From positions 60,087 through 124,086 of the IMG/VR virus record IMGVR_UViG_3300032288_003086: a stretch of 64,000 nt of DNA. The stretch is one strand, 5' to 3'. Position 1 is the stretch's first letter; each line of letters opens with the position of its first letter. This document shows, piece by piece, positions 11,101 through 19,838 of the stretch. The stretch is from a virus. The notes below the pieces were generated by a model, which was not told the DNA's origin, ran no database searches, and worked only from the letters and a program-made list of their open reading frames with translations. A program made the translations under genes and the position numbers.

Positions 11101-14100
11101 GTGTGCTTGCCAGCATATTCAAGCAGGTTCAAAACCCTAAGGAAAGGCTACAACTCTTAGAAGAAGAGAGAAACAAGATTGCCAGGATGATGGATATCAA
11201 TCAGCTTACTGATGCAACTTTGGATACCTATTTGGATGGCATCTTGAATGATGACAACTCAAGTTTCTCCATGGGTCAGACCATGGGAAATGTCTTGGGT
11301 ATAAGCATGAGTGATATCATAGGTTCCAACGCGGACTCTGAAATGATTGTCAGTGCCATGTTCCAATACATGAGGAACATGACTGAAGATGCCAGGATTG
11401 AAGCATTAAGATGGGCTGATAGCTTGGGTATAGATGAGCTTAAAAGAGCTGCCATAGAATCCTTGGGAGGATTGCAACAGGCCAACAAGATATTGACTCA
11501 GGAAGTAGAAGTAGTGACTGAGTTTGATGAGAATGGTGAACCTGAGTTGAAGGAAACATATAGACAATATGTGGATCCTGTGCTTGAAGACTTTTATAAG
11601 ACACACGACAAATACAGGTCAAACCTGCGTAAGTATTCCAAACTGATACGTGAGAAGAGTGTTGAGAAAAGAAACGAGGTAGATCCTGTAAAGGCTGCTA
11701 TCCTGGATCAACAGCTTAAAGAACTCATCAAGGAGGAAGAGGCTTTGAGTTTGGAGTGGACACAGTGGAGGATTGACAACACTGAGACCAGAATCAAACC
11801 AGAAGTACTCATGCTAATGCATGGTAGTGGCTTTACCAACAGTCAGATCACTGAGAACTATAGTCAAATCAATGCAATCATAAATGCTGCGGGTGGTGAA
11901 GAGAATCTCTCTGAAGACCAACAAGAGCAGATTGATTATCTGGAAGCTGAGATATCAAGGATCAGGACTGAGACTATCAAAGACAATCCTGAAGCACAAG
12001 AAAGGATTGATGCTTTATTGGAGTACTTTGAGTTTGATTATAACTATACCCTGTGGGCAAAGAAGCGTGTTGCTATTGAAGCCAGCGGCGACAAGAAGGC
12101 TTTGGAAAGGTGGGATTACAATAACACCAATGAAGTTCCTACTGAAGATTGGAATCAAGCCAGGGAAAAGTTGTATGAGGACATGATGGACATCCTTGGT
12201 AAGGATGAGGTGTTAGGTAATCTGTATCGTGAGAGATCCCTTATCAAAGCCAAGGCAAAGATCAGAGGCAAGTTTAATTTCAACTACCTTAACCAGGAAG
12301 ACATTGATAGGTATCATGCTTTGGACGAGCAGATATCCAATAGGTTGGCATACTTGAGGGAAACATCTCCTTTGACAGAGGGTGAGGCGGCGGACTTGAC
12401 AATAGTCACACAAAGGCTTGCCAATATAGAAATCAAAGTCCTTGATCCAAGATACATACGTCAAAGGGATCAATTGAAAGATACTGTACGCAAAGCATAC
12501 GCTGCATTGAATGAAGCCAAGAAGAAATTCACTGAGGCACCAGAGTCCATTGGCTTACGTGATCAGCTTGATGCTGCCCAGAGTCACTATGAAAAGACAG
12601 AAAGGGAGTTTGCAGATTTCTTCAATAAGAATAACCAGAGCAAGTATACCTTGGGAGAGAACATCATTGCTGAAAGAAAAGCATTGAAGGAACTTCCCAA
12701 CTCTTATCTGTTTGTCAAGCAGCCTAAGAATCCTGCTGACATGGAGAGATTCCCTAACAAGAAGTATCGCATCAAGCGTCTGAAGTCTGAGTCATACAAT
12801 CCCAAGTATCAGAACTCCTTTGTGGAGGACAGGATGGGTGGGGGCATGTATCCTATGCCAAAAGGCATCAGGTTCAATGAAACCATCAATGAGTTTGAGA
12901 TATCACCTAGTGCCAAGTTCGTGAATCCAAACTTCATGACTGTGCAGAATAATCCTATAGCAAAGGATTTCTACAAGAAGTGGATTATAGAGCAGTATCT
13001 GATTAAGCAGAAGAATGCCAGTGGTAAAAGACTAGGCTTTAATCTTCCTTATGTCCAACAGCTCGCACTAGAGAATGTCATGGCAAAAGGGATGGATGGT
13101 ATGGCTAGGGAGTATCAGGAGAAACTCCAGGAGATTTCATATCAGAACAGTGAGCTAGAGAAAGCAACCAATGAATCAGGTATAGCAGGACAACAGCGGG
13201 TGTTGTTCAAAGAGAACCACCTTGTTCCTGCAGCACTTACCACCACTGATGGCATAGGTGCCATTGTGAATTGGAATGCGGGGTACTACACCAATAGAAA
13301 GATGGCTATGATATCCAATGAGATGTCGGCAGTCTTGACATTCTTGAAAGACATTCAGCGTCAGATACAGGATCAAAGCGCAGGTCTACAGGATGCCAAT
13401 AAGGAATCCCATGCTCAAAGGCTTGAGGCTATAAACTCAATCATCACCCAGATTGAATACAACAAAGACAAGTTCATATTTGGAAAGCTGTTTGAAAAGG
13501 GAGATTCTGAGAACAGTGTGTTCAATAGAAAAACCATGCGTCTGTTCATGGGTGTGGCCAGCTTTGCTCGTATGGCATTTGATGTGCCTATGCAGTTTGG
13601 TAACATGTTATCTGGAAACGTTCAGGCATTCCTTTCAACTTCCAACCATAGACATGCCAGTACTCAGAACTATCTGAACGCTAAAAAGATGATATACACC
13701 AGATGGTTCCCTAAGATGATTGCAGACTGGGGTACTGTATCTGATGCAAGTTTTGAGACCAAGTTGTTTAGATATATGAATCCATTGTCCAAAGATCTGG
13801 ACAGGTTGTTTGATGCCAATACAGTGAGTAAGATGAGAAGGCTTGGTAACAGGATTTTCAACATCACTGACTTGTCCATGGCTTTACAGGATAAAGGTGA
13901 GATTGAAATAGGACTTACCACTATGTTGATGATCATGGATGGTCGCCGCTATGAGGTATTTGATACAGATAGCCAGGGTAATTTACTGATGGATGATCAA
14001 GGCAACAGGGTTGTCAAAAAGAATCCTGATGGAAGTATCGTATATGTGAATGCCATAGATGCGTTTGGTATAGATGAAAACAACAGCATAGCACCCAAGA

Positions 14101-14960
14101 AGAATGTGAACATCTCCCAACAAGAGATCAACAGTCTTAAGTCATTGATAATGGGTGAGATATATAGGCACCAGGGTAACTATGCCAACTATACCAAAAG
14201 TAAGTTTGGTAGTACAATGCTGGGTTCACTCTATGAGTTCTATCGTAAGTATCTTATCCCAGCTGTATCAGTTCGCTTCCATTTAGGTAAACGCGAGGGA
14301 GTTGGATCCATGTATTCTTGGGATACCCAGGAAGCTTACATGGGTTGGTATATGGCACTTGGAAGAATGTATCAGTACTATGGCCTGGGTAAAGCGACTA
14401 AGACACTTCTCTATGATACTCTTCTGCCAGGACTGGTTAAAAAGAAGATAAATGCGGATACTGGTATTGAGCAACATGACTTCTATAGGGGGCGTGCAGC
14501 TATGGCTGGGCGTGAAATCCTTATAGCTATTGCTTTCTACATGCTTTATCAAACCCTCAGGAGTGCTTTATATGATGGGGATGAGGAAGATTTCACTTAT
14601 GCTGAACTGAGTATGATGCGTGCGCTTGTAAAAGTGAGTAATGAATCACGGTCTATGGTGCCTTTGTTTGTGGTTGGTAAGCCTGGGGATTACATTGACA
14701 ACTTTGGCAGCTTTACTTCAGCTTTCAGGGAGGGTAAGACTATCTGGGAACTGGGTAATAATGCATTCTTCTGGGCAAATTACCACACTACAGGAAGTAT
14801 GTTTGCCTATGAGCGTGGGTTCTATCAAAGGGATACAGCCAGGTTTGAAGAAGGAGATGCCAAAGTGTTGAAGAATCTCTATGATCTTACAGGTTGGTCC
14901 AACGTTGTAGATACATTTGAGCCATATGAAGCTGCTAAAGCCAACCTTAAAATGAAGTAA
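8148..14960 (+). CDS. Giant virion/ejection polyprotein with degenerate zincin-like motif and PD-(D/E)xK nuclease domain
   Basis: 2270 aa directly after the RNAP; N-terminal TPEF..YGDW..DANGEP; LEEISH; GTFFH...PE...GRLD...DLKT...YHMQLALY. Confidence 0.75.
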   Translation: MSNCAILRDPDSGKVVNVYAPNGEPSILYQDALVAFGQNADKAILAWAAAYTPEFMGYYGDWINEPSKVSLDANGEPISSMVFLSVYDVLRDPRYKSIARKTGYIPFREAVRIKNSLEKAIPGSRYKLEESRAEPGYAKVTALSSIFSYAPNYTKEEIQRQKEKITPIMEYMIRKFPGVSYQWISPNQLKQTEHYTDIRRINSFVKDNVIYLVEGRVTPQIALEEISHVFVEFLRQDRPALFKGLFESLKNDPKYAAEYVAIFEGLRAENKLFMNDLKVVAQSEFIARNLATALKAELEMNPEGRPLSPLGKLFKRFFDWLANALGMPRIDPKMTLQDIAAHLNSKYTEMELPTEPYLYYNADPNANFDPEDRDAAEELNPIGETQRKKKTAQELNLQRAKENVEKLNKMKAFVLRTKPNNKQRENQIAVIDILIDNANYQVTELEAGRATVSITKYKGSEDTESLDNKTAEMGANFGTFFHTLIEDLQDSYMENGINPTKLYTQEWFDAFYEKHKKMIQFKDVDKQLLFDAGLEISQALSSEFLRGKILLPEISVAVEDAQGTLILGRLDLMALDELGRVSVMDLKTSKSAHSLVNLNGGPMFPMIDLSVSYTNKNGWKDGVSEFFADILNRTKMNTYHMQLALYGEMLKKLGIVVSSRNVLALAYRVQGKEADQQTVVQTAFHVFDDSSFYTFAFNGQKASDEGRIIDTAARLAFNGREEEIDEDAAAETDPGPFARMSKDVQEDLINRLIKLATDQLATIEKERSEIEKNDLIDKDEKNNLIKILTKRKAGLVDMSEKLKLAISNPASSESLAASRAVIIKAALDVFSNEISTISRKINEDIDIPATYKLGSDENRTAIATLQSYLTSMDNMADYLQGFKNTILATTLDPDSQKDEALKKDLIRYFDDKLFTIDAQNQKMVNIGKSITKAIIMETIGTKNFEKVFGEVKKVLAPRLAWLDRTIEKIKKGEAPADTMGLKARRVLASIFKQVQNPKERLQLLEEERNKIARMMDINQLTDATLDTYLDGILNDDNSSFSMGQTMGNVLGISMSDIIGSNADSEMIVSAMFQYMRNMTEDARIEALRWADSLGIDELKRAAIESLGGLQQANKILTQEVEVVTEFDENGEPELKETYRQYVDPVLEDFYKTHDKYRSNLRKYSKLIREKSVEKRNEVDPVKAAILDQQLKELIKEEEALSLEWTQWRIDNTETRIKPEVLMLMHGSGFTNSQITENYSQINAIINAAGGEENLSEDQQEQIDYLEAEISRIRTETIKDNPEAQERIDALLEYFEFDYNYTLWAKKRVAIEASGDKKALERWDYNNTNEVPTEDWNQAREKLYEDMMDILGKDEVLGNLYRERSLIKAKAKIRGKFNFNYLNQEDIDRYHALDEQISNRLAYLRETSPLTEGEAADLTIVTQRLANIEIKVLDPRYIRQRDQLKDTVRKAYAALNEAKKKFTEAPESIGLRDQLDAAQSHYEKTEREFADFFNKNNQSKYTLGENIIAERKALKELPNSYLFVKQPKNPADMERFPNKKYRIKRLKSESYNPKYQNSFVEDRMGGGMYPMPKGIRFNETINEFEISPSAKFVNPNFMTVQNNPIAKDFYKKWIIEQYLIKQKNASGKRLGFNLPYVQQLALENVMAKGMDGMAREYQEKLQEISYQNSELEKATNESGIAGQQRVLFKENHLVPAALTTTDGIGAIVNWNAGYYTNRKMAMISNEMSAVLTFLKDIQRQIQDQSAGLQDANKESHAQRLEAINSIITQIEYNKDKFIFGKLFEKGDSENSVFNRKTMRLFMGVASFARMAFDVPMQFGNMLSGNVQAFLSTSNHRHASTQNYLNAKKMIYTRWFPKMIADWGTVSDASFETKLFRYMNPLSKDLDRLFDANTVSKMRRLGNRIFNITDLSMALQDKGEIEIGLTTMLMIMDGRRYEVFDTDSQGNLLMDDQGNRVVKKNPDGSIVYVNAIDAFGIDENNSIAPKKNVNISQQEINSLKSLIMGEIYRHQGNYANYTKSKFGSTMLGSLYEFYRKYLIPAVSVRFHLGKREGVGSMYSWDTQEAYMGWYMALGRMYQYYGLGKATKTLLYDTLLPGLVKKKINADTGIEQHDFYRGRAAMAGREILIAIAFYMLYQTLRSALYDGDEEDFTYAELSMMRALVKVSNESRSMVPLFVVGKPGDYIDNFGSFTSAFREGKTIWELGNNAFFWANYHTTGSMFAYERGFYQRDTARFEEGDAKVLKNLYDLTGWSNVVDTFEPYEAAKANLKMK

Positions 14961-14999
14961 TACAATTGATTTCCAACTAAATTTTGCTTATATTATAGT

Positions 15000-15143
15000 A
15001 TGGCCAAACCTAAAAAGACAGACAGCGTCAAGACCGTTGTCAAAACTGAAGTTAATAGACCTGGTATTCATGCTAAAACTAAAAGTAGTAAGCTGAAGTC
15101 CAGTAAGTTATACAAGAAACAATACCGAGGACAAGGTAGATGA
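15000..15143 (+). CDS. Small Lys-rich protein (47 aa, MAKPKKTD...YRGQGR)
   Basis: Translated by hand; ATGA overlap with next gene; below the ORF-track cutoff. Confidence 0.7.
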   Translation: MAKPKKTDSVKTVVKTEVNRPGIHAKTKSSKLKSSKLYKKQYRGQGR

Positions 15144-15976
15144 CCCCTACTGAAAAACAACAGTTATGGAACTGCATTAGTAAGATGCGGTCTATGCCTT
15201 GGAGAGGTCCAAGGGGTGGTGTCTATAATTGGACTCAGCGTGAACTGCGTAAGCTGTATGAGAAGCTTGTGGTCTATGGTGATGCCAATGAACCTACAGC
15301 TGCTTGGAGACTCCTTAATGAGGGTAAGTACAGGTATATGATTTATCCTTGGTATAAAGGAAAGATTTACAATTCTATCGCATTTGTTCCTCCGTGTGAT
15401 AACTTCAGGTATGCTACAGTATCATCTGTTCTTGGGGCATCGCTTTACAATTTTACTGGTTGGACAATTAATGGTCTTGATTTTGATCTAAATTACATTT
15501 CAGTTGCGGCCTCTGAGGGTTGCAATGTAAATACGCCTGTTACAAATATAAGTGAACTGTTTTTCGGCCAAGAAGTTATCATTTGGTATTATGGTACTGT
15601 TGATCCTGTTTTCACAATCTTAGATAATATAGGTAGTCCAATAACATTGACTTGGAGAACATTATGTACCAAGACTTGCTATGAGCTTCAGATTCCATCA
15701 GCTTTCAGTTTCATAGGTGATATAATCTCAGGTGTTGATTTTATTGTTAACAGTATATACCCTGTGAAAACATGGGGTTCTAATCTAGATGTTGCTAACC
15801 CTTCAGATATTGCTGCAGCAGAAGCATACTATAAACAATTGAGTGGAGCCTCTACAACGATAACATCCACTTATGATATTATAAATGATCAATACATTGT
15901 ACAAATAAAGGATGCCTATTTGGCTTATTCGCCAACTTGGTCTACTTTCAATTCTATTGAAATAACTTGTCCATGA
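15140..15976 (+). CDS. Hypothetical protein, possibly structural
   Basis: 278 aa ORF coupled by ATGA overlaps at both ends. Confidence 0.7.
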   Translation: MTPTEKQQLWNCISKMRSMPWRGPRGGVYNWTQRELRKLYEKLVVYGDANEPTAAWRLLNEGKYRYMIYPWYKGKIYNSIAFVPPCDNFRYATVSSVLGASLYNFTGWTINGLDFDLNYISVAASEGCNVNTPVTNISELFFGQEVIIWYYGTVDPVFTILDNIGSPITLTWRTLCTKTCYELQIPSAFSFIGDIISGVDFIVNSIYPVKTWGSNLDVANPSDIAAAEAYYKQLSGASTTITSTYDIINDQYIVQIKDAYLAYSPTWSTFNSIEITCP

Positions 15977-16125
15977 AAAAGAAACAGATGATCAAGCGTG
16001 CTGATGGCTCCTACTCCCAAAGGGGATTGTGGGATAATATCCGCGCCAACAAAGGATCAGGCAAGAAACCTACAGCTCAGATGCTCAAGCAGGAGCGTAA
16101 GATTAAAGCTAAATCAAAAAAATAA
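15973..16125 (+). CDS. Small basic protein (50 aa, MKKKQMIKRADGSYSQRGLWDNIR...)
   Basis: Translated by hand; ATGA overlap upstream, 2 nt gap to next ATG. Confidence 0.7.
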   Translation: MKKKQMIKRADGSYSQRGLWDNIRANKGSGKKPTAQMLKQERKIKAKSKK

Positions 16126-16127
16126 CC

Positions 16128-16409
16128 ATGGCTAAGTCCGCAGCATGGCAACGCAAAGAAGGGAAAGATCCCAAGGGTGGTCTGAATGCAAAAGGTGTCG
16201 CATCCTACAGGAGAGCAAACCCTGGAAGCAAACTTCAGACAGCAGTCACCACCAAACCTTCCAAGATCAAGAAGGGGAGCAAGGACGCCAAAAGGAGGAA
16301 GTCATTTTGCGCTCGAATGTCAGGTATGAAAAAGAGGCTGACCTCAGCTAAGACCGCTAATGATCCTAACTCAAGGATCAATAAGTCTTTGCGAAAATGG
16401 AATTGCTAA
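16128..16409 (+). CDS. Basic phage protein, DUF6321-like
   Basis: AWQRKEGK.PKGGLN.KG...RKSFCARM...LRKWNC pattern recognised from aquatic phages. Confidence 0.7.
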   Translation: MAKSAAWQRKEGKDPKGGLNAKGVASYRRANPGSKLQTAVTTKPSKIKKGSKDAKRRKSFCARMSGMKKRLTSAKTANDPNSRINKSLRKWNC

Positions 16410-16438
16410 TTATATTTACGGTCTAAACCAACCAAATC

Positions 16439-16642
16439 ATGGCAAAGCTAAAACCCACACCTATCAAAATGTCTAAGGAAGAAAAGCGCTGGAGAACAGA
16501 AGATGATCTACGCACTCTTCAAAGAGCTGGAGAGATTCAACAGGATGCATCTAGGATGAATGCTGTACGACAAGCAGCTATGGATCTGAACAAACTTGTA
16601 ATGGGTGGTAAGACCACAGGTAAGACCACAAAGAAGAAATAA
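16439..16642 (+). CDS. Small basic protein
   Basis: 67 aa, Lys-rich tail, A-rich leader. Confidence 0.7.
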   Translation: MAKLKPTPIKMSKEEKRWRTEDDLRTLQRAGEIQQDASRMNAVRQAAMDLNKLVMGGKTTGKTTKKK

Positions 16643-16644
16643 TC

Positions 16645-16833
16645 ATGGCTGAAAAGTGGATACAGAAGGCTATCAAACGCCCAGGTGCCTTTACAGCCAA
16701 GGCTAAGGCGGCAGGTAAGTCTACTGCAGCATATGCTAAATCCGTATTAAAAGAGGGCAGCAAGGCCAGTACTCGTACCAAGCGTCAAGCTGCACTGGCT
16801 CAAACACTAGGTAAAATGCGTAAAAAGAAATAA
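16645..16833 (+). CDS. Small Lys/Ala-rich protein (WIQKAIKRPGA family)
   Basis: 62 aa, tightly packed with neighbours. Confidence 0.72.
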   Translation: MAEKWIQKAIKRPGAFTAKAKAAGKSTAAYAKSVLKEGSKASTRTKRQAALAQTLGKMRKKK

Positions 16834-16834
16834 C

Positions 16835-17107
16835 ATGTCACAGAACAAAGGAAAGGCGAAGACTTCACCCGCCAGAAAAACAGGGAAGTCAACAAAGAGT
16901 ACTGCAGGTATCCCCAAGCGTGCTACATTAGATAAACGTTCACCAAAAGAACCTATGGCTATCTCAGGTGATACCATGAGTAACTATGCCATGTATAAGA
17001 AAGGTGGCAGCACTAAAGCTAAGAAGTTTGCAGCTTTAGCTCCTCCTTATGATAAGATTACAGCAGCTGATCGCATTGCGGGAGCTAAGAAGAATAAGAA
17101 AAAATAA
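16835..17107 (+). CDS. Small basic protein with YKKGG motif
   Basis: 90 aa, 1 nt after previous stop. Confidence 0.7.
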   Translation: MSQNKGKAKTSPARKTGKSTKSTAGIPKRATLDKRSPKEPMAISGDTMSNYAMYKKGGSTKAKKFAALAPPYDKITAADRIAGAKKNKKK

Positions 17108-17133
17108 TATCTAACTAATTAACAATCAATAAA

Positions 17134-17433
17134 ATGAAAAAGAAAACAATTAAGAAGTACCAAGGTACAAATGGTAGTCAAGTTTCAGATAGCACTTCTA
17201 CGCCTAAATACACATTGAGTAAGAGCGGAAATGTAGTTAAAGATTCCAAGGGAAATATTCTTAACCCAAATTCTGCAGAGGGCAAAGCAGCTTTGGATTT
17301 GCTTAATGTGTCTGCAGAGCAAAGGATAAAAATGGGTCAACAAAAAAATGGTGGCACCATGAAGATGGGAGGCACTAAGAAAAAGATGATGGCTGCCCCT
17401 AAGAAGAAAATGGCTGCAAAGAAAAAGAAGTAA
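17134..17433 (+). CDS. Small basic protein with KNGG/KMGG motifs
   Basis: 99 aa, Lys/Met-rich C-terminus. Confidence 0.7.
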   Translation: MKKKTIKKYQGTNGSQVSDSTSTPKYTLSKSGNVVKDSKGNILNPNSAEGKAALDLLNVSAEQRIKMGQQKNGGTMKMGGTKKKMMAAPKKKMAAKKKK

Positions 17434-17458
17434 TACTAACTAATTAAAACTCAAGAAA

Positions 17459-17629
17459 ATGGCAGGAATGACCAAATCAAAAAAAGGAATGGGCACTGGT
17501 GAAAACATGCAATACATGAAGCCAGGTGGCGTTAAAAAGAAAATGAACAAAGTCCCCATGAAAGCTGTACCATCCAAGAAAATGGGTATGGGTGGTAAGT
17601 ACAAGATTGGTGGCAAAAAAGGTATGTAA
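17459..17629 (+). CDS. Small Lys/Met/Gly-rich protein (56 aa)
   Basis: Translated by hand: MAGMTKSKKGMG...MKPGG...MGMGGKYKIGGKKGM. Confidence 0.68.
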   Translation: MAGMTKSKKGMGTGENMQYMKPGGVKKKMNKVPMKAVPSKKMGMGGKYKIGGKKGM

Positions 17630-17631
17630 TC

Positions 17632-17796
17632 ATGAAGAACCAAAAAGCAACAGTACAAAAGGTTCCTGGTAGCAATGGAACTTTTGTAGGTCTGAATCCC
17701 AAGGTTTCAGTCCAAAAACAACCAGGCAGCAATGGCGTAAAAGTCAATGTGAATCCTAAAGCCAAAGTAATGCCCTGCCACTATGGGGAACATTGA
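17632..17796 (+). CDS. Small basic protein with 19-aa internal repeat (54 aa)
   Basis: ATVQKVPGSNGTFVGLNPK / VSVQKQPGSNGVKVNVNPK. Confidence 0.68.
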   Translation: MKNQKATVQKVPGSNGTFVGLNPKVSVQKQPGSNGVKVNVNPKAKVMPCHYGEH

Positions 17797-17814
17797 TCAC
17801 TTTGGTCTTTGAAG

Positions 17815-17852
17815 CAAGGGCTCCCGCTTATCTTGGGAGCCCTTGTCATTTT
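17815..17852. terminator. Hairpin terminator between convergent genes
   Basis: CAAGGGCTCCC-N9-GGGAGCCCTTG perfect 11-bp stem followed by TCATTTT. Confidence 0.7.
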
Positions 17853-18435
17853 ATGCCAGTTGATTGAATCCTTCAAAAGGATTTTCGCTGGGTGGCTCAT
17901 CTTCCATAGACTCACACCAGCTTGCCAGGGTGGATACCCAGTTCCCACTCTTGTCATTTTTCTTAATGAAATAGGCTGAGGTCATGCAATAGCGATACTC
18001 CCCAGCCATAGAGTTGATATACCTACTGGTGGCATTCAAGATAGTATCCCAGTCATAGTCAGGATAGGTCTTGATAAACCACAGCATTCGCTGCTCCAAC
18101 TCTGTCAAGCTATTGCGCACAGGTCTGCCAGCGTCCTTGGAGCTAGGAAACAGATCCCTATACTTCAATAGATTCTCTTGGAAGTCTGTGGTAGACTCTA
18201 TCTTGGATGTCTTCTGTTTAGTGAAGTAGTCCTTACTCAACTCCACTAGGACAGTCTTGGCCAAGGGGGTGAGTCTGGATTCTTCATCCAAGAAGCCCTG
18301 TAGTTTAAGCTTGTGTATTTCAGTACTGTGCGCAATAGGTAGGTTCAGAGCGCAGTTATGTTCTAGGCAATAGAGCAAATAGTGACCATTGGGGGTCAGA
18401 TTATACTTCTTCAACAGTTGAAATAATTCCTTCAT
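17851..18435 (-). CDS. Hypothetical protein (possible wHTH / replication-associated)
   Basis: 194 aa ORF, overlaps upstream minus-strand gene. Confidence 0.7.
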   Translation of the reverse strand: MKELFQLLKKYNLTPNGHYLLYCLEHNCALNLPIAHSTEIHKLKLQGFLDEESRLTPLAKTVLVELSKDYFTKQKTSKIESTTDFQENLLKYRDLFPSSKDAGRPVRNSLTELEQRMLWFIKTYPDYDWDTILNATSRYINSMAGEYRYCMTSAYFIKKNDKSGNWVSTLASWCESMEDEPPSENPFEGFNQLA

Positions 18436-18901
18436 CTCGTAGGGATGTTAGTAATTTGTAATACTTCTTTAGATAATCCTTATACATGCAATTGGCATGG
18501 TGTCTCTTTATGTAATACGTTATAGATGAGCGATCTACACCAATAACAGTAGCAAGTTTCTGTTGAATGATGTTGTAATTACTTATTATAATATTGACTG
18601 TTACGGATATAATATCCGTGATGCTGCTGGTGGCACCTTTTACTTTACACTTCTTGGATACATTTTGCCCCTCTTTATTCTTGTAGGGAACTATTGACCA
18701 ATCGTTGTTGTATATAAAGTTTGCCCAAGATAGGACTCTTTCAAATGTCTTCTTGAGTTCCCCTATAATAAATTTCTCCTCTAACTGAGGCACATAGACT
18801 TTTTGGATATCAGGGAATAACCTAAGGGACATCCTCATATACCAGCTGTAGAACTCCTCAGGGGATTCCAGGGCTGAATTTGGTACGCATAAATCACTCA
18901 T
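18401..18901 (-). CDS. HTH protein, DnaA C-terminal-like
   Basis: QQKLATVIGVDRSSITYYIKRH resembles the DnaA domain IV HTH. Confidence 0.5.
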   Translation of the reverse strand: MSDLCVPNSALESPEEFYSWYMRMSLRLFPDIQKVYVPQLEEKFIIGELKKTFERVLSWANFIYNNDWSIVPYKNKEGQNVSKKCKVKGATSSITDIISVTVNIIISNYNIIQQKLATVIGVDRSSITYYIKRHHANCMYKDYLKKYYKLLTSLRDEGIISTVEEV

Positions 18902-18968
18902 GATATTTGGTTTTTAACTGTTTTTTTATTAAATTCTTACTGTAGACTATATATGTATCTAAAAGAAA

Positions 18969-19289
18969 ATGAGCAGTTCAGGTAAGGACCCTGTTGTATC
19001 CAGGGTCAAAGAATACATCACCCCAGGGTTGATTACCATACTAGGAGTCATGTTGTGGGCAGAGCTGTCCGAACTCAAGAATGATGTAAAGACCCTATTA
19101 GCACGCGATGCAGCCTCTACAATGAAGATTGATATGCTGGAGAAGGAGATTGATCGTGTCAGACAGCAGGTTTGCAATGATACTAAACCTCTAGGATATA
19201 ATACTCCAATTTCATTACCTTGGTATAAAATGATTGCCAAGAAAGAAGATGAGCTTGAGGTCCCTAAACCAAAAGAACACACCATTTGA
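18969..19289 (+). CDS. Single-TM coiled-coil protein, holin-like
   Basis: TM ITPGLITILGVMLW followed by coiled coil; directly upstream of spanin-like gene. Confidence 0.5.
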   Translation: MSSSGKDPVVSRVKEYITPGLITILGVMLWAELSELKNDVKTLLARDAASTMKIDMLEKEIDRVRQQVCNDTKPLGYNTPISLPWYKMIAKKEDELEVPKPKEHTI

Positions 19290-19837
19290 AGTATCTAATA
19301 TACATAGTGGCCATATTGATGTTCTCTTGCAACCCTGTGAAGAAGGTTCTCAAAGACAGTGAGAAGTTTGAGCAGGTGGCCCAAGAAGTGGTTAGGCGTG
19401 GGTATTGTGTAAATGACACCACCAAGGTAATTACTGTAAAAGATACTGTATATGTGTACACTACAATCAATTCAGACACTATATTTGTAGGTACTCAGTG
19501 TGAATTGGATACAGTCCTGGCATCAGGTACCTGGATACGCTTAGAAGAGGGTTATCTTATGGTCAGTGAGGTTGTCAAAGAGCGTACTAGGGAAGTGATC
19601 AAGACAGTAGATAATTACATCAGGGATACCAAGCATGAAGACATCCTTAAAAAGGACATCCTTGACAGGGAGAGCAAGATAAGCCAACAGCAGGGTATGC
19701 TTGTTGTATATAATGAACAGATCAATAAACTGACCAAGAGCCTTAATAGATTCAAATGGTCCTTAGGTGTAGTTTTGGGGGCGATTCTTGTAGCTGTAGG
19801 ATTGAGAATATATATGAAAACAATAAAACCATTCTGA
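19286..19837 (+). CDS. Lipoprotein with C-terminal TM (unimolecular spanin-like)
   Basis: TTG start; lipobox LMFS-C; coiled coil; C-terminal TM WSLGVVLGAILVAVGL. Confidence 0.6.
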   Translation: MKYLIYIVAILMFSCNPVKKVLKDSEKFEQVAQEVVRRGYCVNDTTKVITVKDTVYVYTTINSDTIFVGTQCELDTVLASGTWIRLEEGYLMVSEVVKERTREVIKTVDNYIRDTKHEDILKKDILDRESKISQQQGMLVVYNEQINKLTKSLNRFKWSLGVVLGAILVAVGLRIYMKTIKPF

Positions 19838-19838
19838 A

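Noticed and set aside
108-14871. Many short antisense or alternate-frame ORFs inside the two giant genes
   Set aside because: Shadow ORFs with no motifs or leaders; the same applies to shadows over the replication and terminase genes
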